A stretch of DNA of 48,930 nucleotides from a bacterium (GCA_041946805.1 JBHGBC010000028.1:1-48930); one strand, 5' to 3'; shown: positions 1 through 9,415, counted from the first letter of the stretch. Made by a program: numbers and translations. Notes: a model not told the origin generated them from the sequence alone.

Positions 1-570
1 CGGGCGGATGCCCTCGGCGTGGCGGACAAATTCAACGAGTGGAGCAACGGGCGGCGGGCCCCTTTGATTCTCCGGACGGATCTCCCACAAGGCGATTGGC
101 GCATCGAATCCAAGTATACTCTGAAGGACGCCTTCACCTGGGCCAATTTCCAAGTAGGCCTGGTGGTGGGGTACAACCAGGGGACCGACACGGATGTTAC
201 AGGCGATGAGTACCTGTTCGGATTCTATAGCGGCGACTTGCGTGTGGAACTGACCAACAAGGGGACGAATGGCACCCTGTCGTATCACAACTTTACGGAC
301 GAGAACGACTGGATCGGCCTCCTGCTGGATGGCGGTATCCAGGCGACGCTCGCCGTGACCAAGCGGGGCAACGAGCTGATTTTCAGCGCCCAGTTGCCCA
401 ACCGCACGTGGCAGTTGGCCGGCGCGCCGGTGACCGAACCGCGCACGCCCACCCGGGTTGGATTGTTCGCAAAGACCACGGGTGATAACTACGTGGAAGC
501 GGCGTATGAATACTTCACGTTGACCAGCATCAACCCGTTTACGGACGTGGAGACGTGGATGGTGTACTGA
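1..570 (+). CDS. 3' part of a hypothetical, probably secreted beta-rich protein (5' truncated by the window edge)
   Basis: Frame 1 is open from base 1 to TGA at 568-570; beta-strand-like Trp/Tyr/Phe-rich sequence; ends ...INPFTDVETWMVY; followed by a hairpin. Confidence 0.7.
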   Translation, partial: RADALGVADKFNEWSNGRRAPLILRTDLPQGDWRIESKYTLKDAFTWANFQVGLVVGYNQGTDTDVTGDEYLFGFYSGDLRVELTNKGTNGTLSYHNFTDENDWIGLLLDGGIQATLAVTKRGNELIFSAQLPNRTWQLAGAPVTEPRTPTRVGLFAKTTGDNYVEAAYEYFTLTSINPFTDVETWMVY

Positions 571-598
571 ACTTGATTCGGAATAGGGTTTTGGATCG

Positions 599-632
599 GG
601 CGGCGCGGAGTTCGCGCCGCCTGGTTTATTTG
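599..632 (+). terminator. Probable intrinsic terminator
   Basis: Stem GGCGGCGCG-GAGTT-CGCGCCGCC followed by TGGTTTATTT, about 30 nt after the stop codon. Confidence 0.55.
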
Positions 633-734
633 TCTGTGAATCGATGGACCAAATGAGATCCCGGGCTTTATCGGATTAATTTCCCTCACCCTGATCCTCT
701 CTCAGCGGGAGAGCGGGAGAGGGAAGGGATTCTT

Positions 735-1100
735 TCAAATCACCCAGTCTTGCACGTTTTCGGGGGGGAGGACGCGCTCGATGTAGATCATGATGGCGGC
801 CCAGAGTTCATCGGGGGGATCGCCGGCGCGCACCTCGATGATGTTCCCCGCCTTGCGTACCCGGGTCTCGGGATTGTAGAGCTCCACCCGTTTGCCCATG
901 GGGTGCCGGGCGATCCATTCGTCCCGGGTGGGAAGATCGGGCAGTTCCTTGCTGCCCACCAGCACGTTCTTGAACGCGATGATGGTGTGGCTGTGCTCCT
1001 CGGTGGTCAAGAATTCATCCGGCGTGGTGCCGCGCATGATTTCCGGGGCGAACAGGATCACGTCTTCATGGACCAATTGCCATCGCTCCTCGTGTGGCAT
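735..1100 (-). CDS. Hypothetical protein (~121 aa)
   Basis: ORF with protein-like composition; ATG at 1100 preceded by GAGGAAAGGA; same strand as and downstream of murI. Confidence 0.6.
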   Translation of the reverse strand: MPHEERWQLVHEDVILFAPEIMRGTTPDEFLTTEEHSHTIIAFKNVLVGSKELPDLPTRDEWIARHPMGKRVELYNPETRVRKAGNIIEVRAGDPPDELWAAIMIYIERVLPPENVQDWVI

Positions 1101-1236
1101 GCTTGGATTCCTTTCCTCAGTCTTTCGCATGGAGCGGTAACTTGGAGAACGGCCAGCGGCATTGTGACATCAACCCGGGGGGCGGACAACCCAAGAGGGT
1201 TCCATCCAAACGGGCCGGGCTTCGGATGGTTTGCCT

Positions 1237-2142
1237 TCATCCAGCCGATCCGCTCACCGGCTCGAACCAGCGGATGGGATCCACGAAAATCTTGCCCCGG
1301 AACGCGTAAATCTCCTGCACCAGGTTGAAAAAGCCGGATTCGGCGGTCACGAAGGTGGCGTCCTCCGGGCCCTCGAAGATCCGCTCGTACAGGCGTTGAA
1401 AGCCGCCGATGTCGTCCGAGGCGTAGAACAGGTCCTTGAGCGTCTTCCTTTCGGCCCGCATCCCCGATTTTTGCAAGGTCTCCGCCACTTCGCGGGCGGC
1501 CTCGTCCGCCGAGCTGACCAGGGTTACCGATTCTCCCATCACCTCCTGGATCACCCGGGAAATCAGGGGATAGTGCGTGCAACCCAAGATCAGCACATCC
1601 AGGTCTTGTTGTTTCAAACCGCCCAGATAGCGCTCGGCCGCTTGCCGGGTGAGGGGATCGTCTTCCCAGCCCTCCTCCACGAGGGGCACGAACAGGGGGC
1701 AGGCCTGGGCGGCCACGTACAGGGAGGGATTCGCTTCCAACAGGCGGCGCTGGTAAGTCCCGCTTTGCACGGTGCTGCGTGTGCCGATCAGTCCAATCCG
1801 GCCGGTCTTCGTGGCCTGGATCGCGGCCCGCACGCCCGGCTCGACCACGCCGATCACCGGCCCGGAAAAGGTCTCCCGGATCGGATCGAGCGCCACCGAC
1901 GAGACGGTGTTGCAGGCCACCACGATCATCTTGACTTCGTGGCTTTTGAGAAAGCGGGTGATTTCCACGCTGTACCGTTGGATCGTTTCCGCCGACTTGG
2001 TTCCATACGGGACCCGCGCCGTGTCGCCGAAATAGCACAGCGTTTCCCGGGGAAGCCATTGGCGGAGGGCCTGCACCACCGTCAGGCCCCCCACGCCGGA
2101 ATCGAAAATTCCGATGGGCGCGTCCGGATTGTTAGAGACCAT
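1237..2142 (-). CDS. murI: Glutamate racemase
   Basis: IGIFDSGVGGLTV, DTARVPYGTKS, VVACNT and LILGCTHYP motifs with both catalytic Cys; ATG 2142 preceded by AGGAGG. Confidence 0.96.
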   Translation of the reverse strand: MVSNNPDAPIGIFDSGVGGLTVVQALRQWLPRETLCYFGDTARVPYGTKSAETIQRYSVEITRFLKSHEVKMIVVACNTVSSVALDPIRETFSGPVIGVVEPGVRAAIQATKTGRIGLIGTRSTVQSGTYQRRLLEANPSLYVAAQACPLFVPLVEEGWEDDPLTRQAAERYLGGLKQQDLDVLILGCTHYPLISRVIQEVMGESVTLVSSADEAAREVAETLQKSGMRAERKTLKDLFYASDDIGGFQRLYERIFEGPEDATFVTAESGFFNLVQEIYAFRGKIFVDPIRWFEPVSGSAG

Positions 2143-2458
2143 CGTTGCCCTCCTGTAGAATGAGTCCTCCGGTGCGTTCTGAGAGTGGACACTCCGATCC
2201 GCCCCCACAAGATTCCCTCACCCTAACCCTCGCACAGAGGGAGAGGGAAGACTTTCCTTTTACCGCAGCCATCCCAGGGCTTACGCCCTGGGCTATGCTC
2301 ATGCCGCGCCGTTGGCGCTTGAAAAACAGTAGTGCATTTCGGTGAATCATTCGTTACGCGATCTCAACTGAAACTTGAATGCCTTTCCCTCTCTCCGCTA
2401 CGCGCGGTCCGGATGTACCCATTGTAGTTGAAGACTCCCCTCCGGGAAGCACGAACGC

Positions 2459-2890
2459 CCATCCACAGCCATGCACAACTTATTCACAGTATCGTTAACG
2501 AATACAAAACAAAAGGGTTATGAGCGGGGATATTTTCCTGCACTGAACGTTGTGAGATTCCACTGTCCACTGAGACTCTAAATAAAATATATTCAATATG
2601 TTACGTGGTCCAAGTTATCCACCGGATCCTGTGGATAACTTGTGAGCGGCGTCGAATAACCCGGCCTTCCCTTTTCCAACAATTTGAATTTCATGGATTA
2701 AGGCCGCTTGTGGATAACTGAACAGATTGTGCATAATAAGGGGGGTGGAGGCCGGTTACTCCACCGCCTCGCGATCCCCAATCTCTTGTGGATAAACCTG
2801 GACGGCGGCTATTCCATGCCTCGCGGCTTCAGAGGGTTAGCGCGATTTTGGATTATCAACATGTTGTTGAATTTCTGTTGAAAACCACAA
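2459..2890. other. DnaA-box cluster, candidate replication origin (oriC)
   Basis: TGTGGATAA at 2630, 2709 and 2787; near-consensus TTATTCACA 2480, TTATCCACC 2615, TGTGCATAA 2728, TTATCAACA 2853; AT-rich tract ~2577-2603; IHF-consensus TATCAACATGTTG 2854-2866; no credible ORF. Confidence 0.7.
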
Positions 2891-3429
2891 TATATTGATT
2901 TATCCTTTGCTGCCAGAAAAAGGTAGGGAGGCAAACTGCGAAAGGCGGGGAGGGGCGGTTGCGCGCAAGGGACGCTCTGACAAACGGTGGAGAGTAAAAA
3001 ATCATGGTACCTCCGGGAAACGGGTATACCCGAGGCAATGGGTCCAGGATTGGCCCTCTGGGCTGCTGGAAAGCCACCCGCGGAAGGGGATTCTTTTTAC
3101 CGATTAGCGAAAGGATTTACCCGATATATATAGAGATGGAAACAAAGTGAAAAGGTTTTCCTCACCCTGGCACTCTCCCAGAGGGTGAGGGGATCGGTAG
3201 TGGATCTCTCCGGCCGGTTCGATGAGATCCAGATCACGACTCGGGGAAAAAGTACACACCGGCCGGATGAATCCAAACACGTTCCGGATGTATCATGGAT
3301 AACGAGAGTGGAAAAGCGGTCCGGACCGGGATGGGAGCGAGATTTTTTCCCGGAGATTCCACCCGGGGAAGAAGCCGGATTGGATCCCTGCACGTTATCA
3401 TCCAGGATCAGTTGGAAGCGATTTTAATT

Positions 3430-3455
3430 GGAACAATCGCGGTAAACGATTCGAC
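3430..3455 (+). promoter_or_regulatory. Putative ECF-sigma (autoregulatory) promoter
   Basis: GGAAC-N17-CGAC ending 22 nt upstream of the ECF sigma start; fits the AAC...CGWC ECF pattern. Confidence 0.55.
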
Positions 3456-3477
3456 TATATAAGGACAGGAAAAGAGG

Positions 3478-4068
3478 TTGGAGATTCAAAACCCCCAACA
3501 CCGCGAGGAGACGCAGCTGATCTCGCTTTGCCAGAAAGGAGACCGGGCCGCGTTCGAACGCTTATACCATCGTTACGCCAAGGATGTGTATACCATGGCG
3601 TTGCGGATGGTGAATTCGCCGGAATTGGCGGAAGAGGTGATGCAGGAAGTTTTTATCTCCATTTATAAAAATATCGGTGATTTTCAGTTTCACTCGGCCT
3701 TCACGACCTGGTTGTACCGGATCGTATACCGGCGGGCCGCCGATCAGTTCCGGAAGTTGAAGAAATACCAAGAGAGAACGGTTTCGTATTCCGGAGAGGA
3801 GGAGAATCCGTCCATTCTGGAAGTGCGGGATCCGGGGGATAATCCCAGCGAGAACGCGCTGAAACGGGAACGGAACCGGATGATCGAGCAGGCTATCGCC
3901 GAGCTCAGCCCCAAACAACGGGCGATCATGGTGTTGCGGTACATCCAGCAGCTGAGTTACGAGGAGATCGCGGAAATCCTGGAATGCCGGATCGGAACCG
4001 TCAAATCCCGGTTGAACCGGGCGCACAAAACGATGGAGATGAAATTAAACCAATTGGATATCTTTTGA
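3478..4068 (+). CDS. RNA polymerase ECF sigma factor (RpoE/SigW-like)
   Basis: GDRAAFERLY, AEEVMQEVF, FTTWLYRI (region 2) and LSYEEIAEILECRIGTVKSRLNRA (region 4). Confidence 0.93.
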   Translation: MEIQNPQHREETQLISLCQKGDRAAFERLYHRYAKDVYTMALRMVNSPELAEEVMQEVFISIYKNIGDFQFHSAFTTWLYRIVYRRAADQFRKLKKYQERTVSYSGEEENPSILEVRDPGDNPSENALKRERNRMIEQAIAELSPKQRAIMVLRYIQQLSYEEIAEILECRIGTVKSRLNRAHKTMEMKLNQLDIF

Positions 4069-4118
4069 TATACTGAGACAAGGGACAACGGCCGAGAGAC
4101 CCAAACGGATTCAAAATC

Positions 4119-4664
4119 ATGAAAAAACTGTTCCGCACCCGATTTGATGATGCATCTTCCATATCCCATGAAGTGCTCCGGAGGTACCTGGAGGGGGATC
4201 TGACGCCGGAAGAAACCGAATCCGTCCGGCGGCGGGTGGAAACGTCGGACGCGTGGCGGGCCGAATACACCCGCGTGAAGAATTATCTCGGCCACCTGCA
4301 CACCCTTCCCACGTTCACGCCGCCCGCGCGCGTATGGGACCGTATCGCCCGGGCGGCGGAGACGCTCCCACCCGTCCCGGCGCGTGCGGTTCCATTCTGG
4401 CGGGCGTGGATTCCCCGCTTCGATATGCTGCCCGCCTGGAAAGTGGCGTACCGGTTGGTCCCCATGCTGGCGGTGATGGCGGTAACGACCTGCTGGATGG
4501 AAAACTCGTTTTATGAACCCAACTACGAGGTGGTGACCGTGGACGCGGCCAACGGTTTTGGCGCGGAAGCGGAAACCTATCTTGCGCATCATGACCTGAC
4601 CGGAGAGCCGGTTTTCATGAAAGAAAGTCTTTTTGCCATCTACGCGCACGGCATGCCCAAATGA
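4119..4664 (+). CDS. Membrane anti-sigma factor (RseA/RsiW-like)
   Basis: Directly after the ECF sigma; N-terminal LRRYLEGDLTPEE anti-sigma-domain-like helix, PPARVWDRI motif, one hydrophobic segment; overlaps next gene (ATGA). Confidence 0.75.
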   Translation: MKKLFRTRFDDASSISHEVLRRYLEGDLTPEETESVRRRVETSDAWRAEYTRVKNYLGHLHTLPTFTPPARVWDRIARAAETLPPVPARAVPFWRAWIPRFDMLPAWKVAYRLVPMLAVMAVTTCWMENSFYEPNYEVVTVDAANGFGAEAETYLAHHDLTGEPVFMKESLFAIYAHGMPK

Positions 4665-5785
4665 ACCGTCATCCGAATCCACACGCCCTGTTGACCATAT
4701 TCATGCTGATGATGGTATCGCCCATCCGCGGGGAAAACCTTCCCGCCGTGGATCTTCCCGCCTGCCTAAAGCAATCCATCGAAGCGACGCGCACCCTTCC
4801 ATACGAAGGAATTCTGGCGTTCCAGCGGTTGTTGGAGGGAAACGACCTATCCGTGACCCTCAAGGTCTGCCATTCGTCTCCCGATGAGAAGAAGATGGAA
4901 ATCCTCTCTCCGGAGACGCTACATGGGATGTTGGTCGTTCAATCCCAGAAAGCCCTGTGGATGACGCCCCTTGAAGACAAAACCCTCACCGAGGAGCAAA
5001 AAAAGAACCGGGAGAACGATGCCCGGTCGTTGCGCTGGTTTCGGGTTTTACGGGATGACACAGCCACCATCGGCCTGGAGGACATCTCCCTGGTGGTGCA
5101 AAACTATATTCTGGCCACTACCCAGACCGTCAGCGTGGCGAACCGGAAAGCCCTGGAAATCCACATCACTCCCAAACCCAATAACCGGCCGGCCAACTCC
5201 CGGCCATCGTTGCGGATCTGGATCGATGAGGAAACCAAGCTGCCCTTGAAATACGAGCGTTTCGATTACAACGGCCATCTGGAGGAAAAACTGGAATTTC
5301 AGAAGATCACCACCGGCTCCATTGGTATGCCATGCGTGCTATCCACGGACGGGCTGGAAAAGATCTTCTCGATGGCCGACGCCGAAGCGGACCAGCAGGA
5401 GATGCAACTGGATTTCATCCCCTTGAAACCTTCCCGGCTGCCCCAGGGATTCCAGGAAAAATTCTCCTTCCGCTGGAAAGGCCGCGAGGGCGTCACTTTG
5501 CATACACTGTATACGGACGGCCTGGCCCGCGTTTCGACGTTCCAACGCAAGCAAACGGACGCAGAAAAAGCCAAGCAGGAACAGGAGCCGGCCGACTCCC
5601 GGGATAAGGTGAAAAAACCGAATTGGGCGAACCGGGAAGCGTTTATCCGGGAGTTGAACGGGGTGCATGTCTTCGCTGTGGGGGACATCCCGGAGAGAGG
5701 GATCTTACGCCTGCTGTACAACCTCGAACCTTCCGCCATCCCGCCGCCCCCCGGGAACCCCGCGGCGAATCCGCAAAACAAATAA
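4661..5785 (+). CDS. MucB/RseB-like periplasmic sigma-E regulatory protein (LolA-like fold)
   Basis: Signal peptide; VANRKALEIHITP, IWIDEETKLPLKYE, LPQGF and LYTDGLARVSTF resemble MucB/RseB; third gene of the operon. Confidence 0.75.
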   Translation: MNRHPNPHALLTIFMLMMVSPIRGENLPAVDLPACLKQSIEATRTLPYEGILAFQRLLEGNDLSVTLKVCHSSPDEKKMEILSPETLHGMLVVQSQKALWMTPLEDKTLTEEQKKNRENDARSLRWFRVLRDDTATIGLEDISLVVQNYILATTQTVSVANRKALEIHITPKPNNRPANSRPSLRIWIDEETKLPLKYERFDYNGHLEEKLEFQKITTGSIGMPCVLSTDGLEKIFSMADAEADQQEMQLDFIPLKPSRLPQGFQEKFSFRWKGREGVTLHTLYTDGLARVSTFQRKQTDAEKAKQEQEPADSRDKVKKPNWANREAFIRELNGVHVFAVGDIPERGILRLLYNLEPSAIPPPPGNPAANPQNK

Positions 5786-5911
5786 AATCAGGTTTACGGG
5801 GTTGCGCCAGAGGTCGTACCCCGGGCTATATATTACGCATCCCCACGGGGCTCTGCCTTCCCCCCCGGCCCCACTCCGGCATGAGGAGAGAGGGGAGCGC
5901 CCTGCCGGTTC

Positions 5912-6745
5912 CTATTGGCGCCAAAGGATGACATAAACCAGCATGGCCGGGCCGATCCATAGCATGGCGTCCATCATGTCCAGGAATCCCCCATGGCCGG
6001 TGAAGGAGGAGCCGGAATCCTTGGCCCCCGCGTCGCGTTTGATGGCCGATTCGCAAAGATCGCCGACCTGGCCGATGGCGGACATCAGGACGGTCAGGAT
6101 CAAAACGGAAAGATAGTGGTGGGGTGTGGAAAACCACAGGGTATAGCCCAGAAAGACACTCTGATACGCGGCGGTGAGCAGGACCACCACCACGGAAAAA
6201 ACGGCGCCCGCCACGGCCCCTTCCCAGGTCTTGTTGGGGCTGATCAGGGGCGCCAGTTTGTTGCGGCCCAGCCAGCGCCCGCCGTAAAATCCGCCGATAT
6301 CGGTGAAGCAGGCCACGGCCAGCATGAAAAAGAGATACGATGGGCCGTTGTCGAGACTGCGCAGGTAGACGAAACAGGCGAGGGGATACAGCAGATAAAT
6401 CAACGCGAGGCCATGGGTGGCGATTTCATAGCGGCTTCCCGATACTGTGCGGCGGATGGTGATCAGGCAGCTGCCCCAGAAGAAGAGGAATGAGATGCTG
6501 AGCAGGTAGATGTAATGGCGCCGGACCGTGCAAACGAAGAACAGCAGGGCGAGGCAATTTTGCCAACAGAGAAGCATCCGCCGGTGGGGTATCCCATAAA
6601 GGTTGTACATCTCGGCCCAGGCGAGAAAGAAACTGCCGGTCACCACGGCGGCGGCGAGCCAATCTCCATGATCCCAAAAGATCCCCAACAAAAATACCGG
6701 CAATGCGCAGAGGCCGGTTATCCAGCGGCGAGTATGCATCCCCAT
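5912..6745 (-). CDS. cdsA: Phosphatidate cytidylyltransferase
   Basis: Multi-TM; ISPNKTWEG and GDLCESAIKRDAGAKDSG...GHGGFLD signatures; downstream of uppS. Confidence 0.95.
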   Translation of the reverse strand: MGMHTRRWITGLCALPVFLLGIFWDHGDWLAAAVVTGSFFLAWAEMYNLYGIPHRRMLLCWQNCLALLFFVCTVRRHYIYLLSISFLFFWGSCLITIRRTVSGSRYEIATHGLALIYLLYPLACFVYLRSLDNGPSYLFFMLAVACFTDIGGFYGGRWLGRNKLAPLISPNKTWEGAVAGAVFSVVVVLLTAAYQSVFLGYTLWFSTPHHYLSVLILTVLMSAIGQVGDLCESAIKRDAGAKDSGSSFTGHGGFLDMMDAMLWIGPAMLVYVILWRQ

Positions 6746-6795
6746 GACTTTCTTATGAGCAGGCCATCACGATGAATGAAAGGAAAGTACCCGCG

Positions 6796-7596
6796 TTAAA
6801 TCGCTCCGTCAATATCCACCCCGCCAAAACGGCGTTGCCTTCCTTGGAAGTCCCGGAGCGCGGTGAAAAAATTCTCCCGCCGGAAATCGGGCCAGAGCAC
6901 GGCCGTCACCCAGATTTCCGAATAGGCGATTTGCCACAGCAGGAAATTGGAAATCCGCATTTCGCCGCTGGTCCGGATCAAGAGGTCCGGATCCGGCGTG
7001 CCGGCGGTGTGGAGATAGTTGGCGAAGAGATCGGGATCGATCGCCGCGGGATGGAGCCGGCCGGCCTGGATCTCCTCGCCGATTTTCCGGACGGCGTCGG
7101 TGATTTCCAGCCGTCCGCCGTAGGATAGCGCCAGGGAGAGATGGAGCTGATCTCCCCCCGCGGTTTCCCGCCGGGCCTGATCCAAAGCCCGTTGGACGGG
7201 ATCGGGCAGTTCGAACAGGCGGCCGATGGCCTCGAGCCGGATGCCGTTTTCCTTCATCTCATGCAGCTCGCGTTTCAAAAAATTGCACAGCAGGATCATC
7301 AGGGCGTTGATTTCCGAACTGGGGCGTTTCCAGTTTTCCGCCGAAAAGGCGTAGAGCGTGAGGTAGCGGATTTCCAATTGGCGGCAAACCCGGACGATTT
7401 CGCGGACGGACTTGATGCCGGCGCGGTGTCCTTCGATCCGCGGGCGTTTCATCGCCCGCGCCCAGCGTCCGTTGCCGTCCATGATGATGGCCACGTGACG
7501 GGGGAGGCGGTTGAGATCGACACCCGCCTCCTCGGCCTGGCGGATGATCTCCATCCGCGGGGGTGAAGAGGATCCTGCTGCAATGACATGAGCCAC
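6796..7596 (-). CDS. uppS: Undecaprenyl diphosphate synthase (isoprenyl transferase)
   Basis: HVAIIMDGNGRWA, YAFSAENWKRP, YGGR and PDLLIRTSGEMRISNFLLWQ motifs. Confidence 0.96.
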   Translation of the reverse strand: MAHVIAAGSSSPPRMEIIRQAEEAGVDLNRLPRHVAIIMDGNGRWARAMKRPRIEGHRAGIKSVREIVRVCRQLEIRYLTLYAFSAENWKRPSSEINALMILLCNFLKRELHEMKENGIRLEAIGRLFELPDPVQRALDQARRETAGGDQLHLSLALSYGGRLEITDAVRKIGEEIQAGRLHPAAIDPDLFANYLHTAGTPDPDLLIRTSGEMRISNFLLWQIAYSEIWVTAVLWPDFRRENFFTALRDFQGRQRRFGGVDIDGAI

Positions 7597-7983
7597 CCGG
7601 TTAATCTCCCCTCGGTTGCCTGTGTGATGCCGCCGATCGTTCGCAATCCTGAATTATATCAGCCGCGCGAAAACCCCGGCATGGACTCTCCCCCCCGTGT
7701 GCCTTGCGGGAAGGAAAACCGGGAGTGGAATCCGTCCCCGGATGTTGACCGGCCGGGGCATCCATCTTGTGTGGCGTTCCGGGATTGGGCCGGCGTCCGG
7801 ATGGCCTCGACAAGGGCCAGCGGCGTTTCCTGGGTAACGCCCTGTCATCGAGCCATCCCGCTCCGTTGAATTTCCGCATTCCGTTTCCGGAACCCTGCGT
7901 TTCCCGGTCCGGGAGGTGTACACTGTGCCGTTTCCCGGAACCGGTTATCCTGGTCCGAGCGTAAGAAAGCGGCGCGTTCGCTT

Positions 7984-8982
7984 ATGCAGAATACCAGCAG
8001 TCTGTACCGCAATCAACATTCGGCCGGTGATTCCCCCTTGTTCCGCGCCATTGTGGGACCGACGGCGTCGGGGAAAACCGCCTTGTCACTGGCCCTGGCC
8101 GAGAAACTGGGTTGCGGGATTCTGTGCGTCGACGCCATGCAAGTCTACCGGGGGCTGGATATCGGCACCGCCAAGCCCACGCGGGAAGAGCAGCGGCGCG
8201 TGGCGCATCAGGGTCTCGATCTCGCCTCGCCTCTTGAATATTTCAACGCCTCCCGCTTCGCCGCCCATGCCGAGCCGCTGCTGGCCGAAGCGAGCCGGGA
8301 CCGGCGGCCCTGGGTGCTGTGCGGCGGGACGGGTCTGTACTTCCGCGCCCTGCTGGAAGGCCTGTTCGAAGCTCCCGGCGCGGACCCGGCCCTGCGGGAA
8401 GGTTTGACGGAACGGGCGCGCCGCGAGGGGATCGCGGCCCTGTACGCGGAACTGGAAAAAGCCGATCCCGAGACCGCGGCCCGGATCCACCCGCGGGACG
8501 CCCGGCGGATCACCCGGGCGCTGGAGATCATCGAACAGACCGGGATGCCCGTCACCGAACTGCGGCGCCGACAGGTCCGCAAACCCTGGATCCGGCAGAC
8601 GATCTTCCTCGGCCTGCGGCGGGACCGCCGCGATTTGTTACGCCGGATCGAAAAACGCAGCCGGTGGATGTATCATAATGGATTGATCGAAGAAACCCGC
8701 TGGCTGATGGAGTTGGGATGCGGTCCCCAGCATACCGCCCTGCAGGCCTTGGGCTACAAGGAATGCCGGGAATACGTGCTGGGGCGGAAATCGCGGGACG
8801 AAGCGCTGGAAGAGACGATCCGGGAGACCGGCCGGTACGCCCGGCGGCAGATGATCTGGTTCCGGCGCCAGTTCGAGACGCAGTGGATCGATGTGGATTC
8901 CTCCAACAATCTTTACGAAACCGTAAATGTATCCTTGCAACTTTGGCGGAAGAGTGGTAACAATATAGCTTCGAGAAGTTAG
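7984..8982 (+). CDS. miaA: tRNA dimethylallyltransferase
   Basis: GPTASGKT, DAMQVYRGLDIGTAKP, GGTGLY, ALGYKE and YARRQMIWF motifs; miaA-hfq-hflX synteny. Confidence 0.96.
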   Translation: MQNTSSLYRNQHSAGDSPLFRAIVGPTASGKTALSLALAEKLGCGILCVDAMQVYRGLDIGTAKPTREEQRRVAHQGLDLASPLEYFNASRFAAHAEPLLAEASRDRRPWVLCGGTGLYFRALLEGLFEAPGADPALREGLTERARREGIAALYAELEKADPETAARIHPRDARRITRALEIIEQTGMPVTELRRRQVRKPWIRQTIFLGLRRDRRDLLRRIEKRSRWMYHNGLIEETRWLMELGCGPQHTALQALGYKECREYVLGRKSRDEALEETIRETGRYARRQMIWFRRQFETQWIDVDSSNNLYETVNVSLQLWRKSGNNIASRS

Positions 8983-9027
8983 ACTGGAATCATTTTGGAT
9001 TGCCCCAGAATTGGAGGGACATGCTGA

Positions 9028-9300
9028 ATGGTTGTGAAAAGTGTAATGAATATCCAGGATAGTTTTCTCAATCAGGCGCGGCGTGAGAAAGTGGCGCTGA
9101 ACATCCATCTGCTCGATGGTTCCGATCTGCACGGGAAAATATCCGCCTTTGACAACTTCACGGTGATCCTCATCAATGACGAGCGGGAAGAGCAGTATCT
9201 GATCTACAAGCACGCCATCGCCACGGTCACCCCCGCGGCCAAGACACGCGTCCGCTGGAATCAGATGGGAGAACGGGAAACTCCACGAGAGCACCGGTGA
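9028..9300 (+). CDS. hfq: RNA chaperone Hfq
   Basis: NIQDSFLN, GKISAFDNFTVIL and LIYKHAI Sm motifs; GGAGG RBS; between miaA and hflX. Confidence 0.93.
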   Translation: MVVKSVMNIQDSFLNQARREKVALNIHLLDGSDLHGKISAFDNFTVILINDEREEQYLIYKHAIATVTPAAKTRVRWNQMGERETPREHR

Positions 9301-9415
9301 ACGAACAGGAAACTTCTCGCGGGGCCCGGTTTGCGAACCGAAAACCAACCCGGAATTTCCTGAAACCCGGCCGCACGGACTCGAGGAAATGGACTATACT
9401 TTTGTATAGGCCATT

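Noticed and set aside
2726..2752. dif-like GTGCATAAT
   Set aside because: No XerD arm (TTATGTTAAAT) at the right spacing; better explained as a DnaA-box variant
2856..3427. Short ORFs between the DnaA-box cluster and the ECF sigma
   Set aside because: No RBS or motifs; they overlap repeat and MITE fragments
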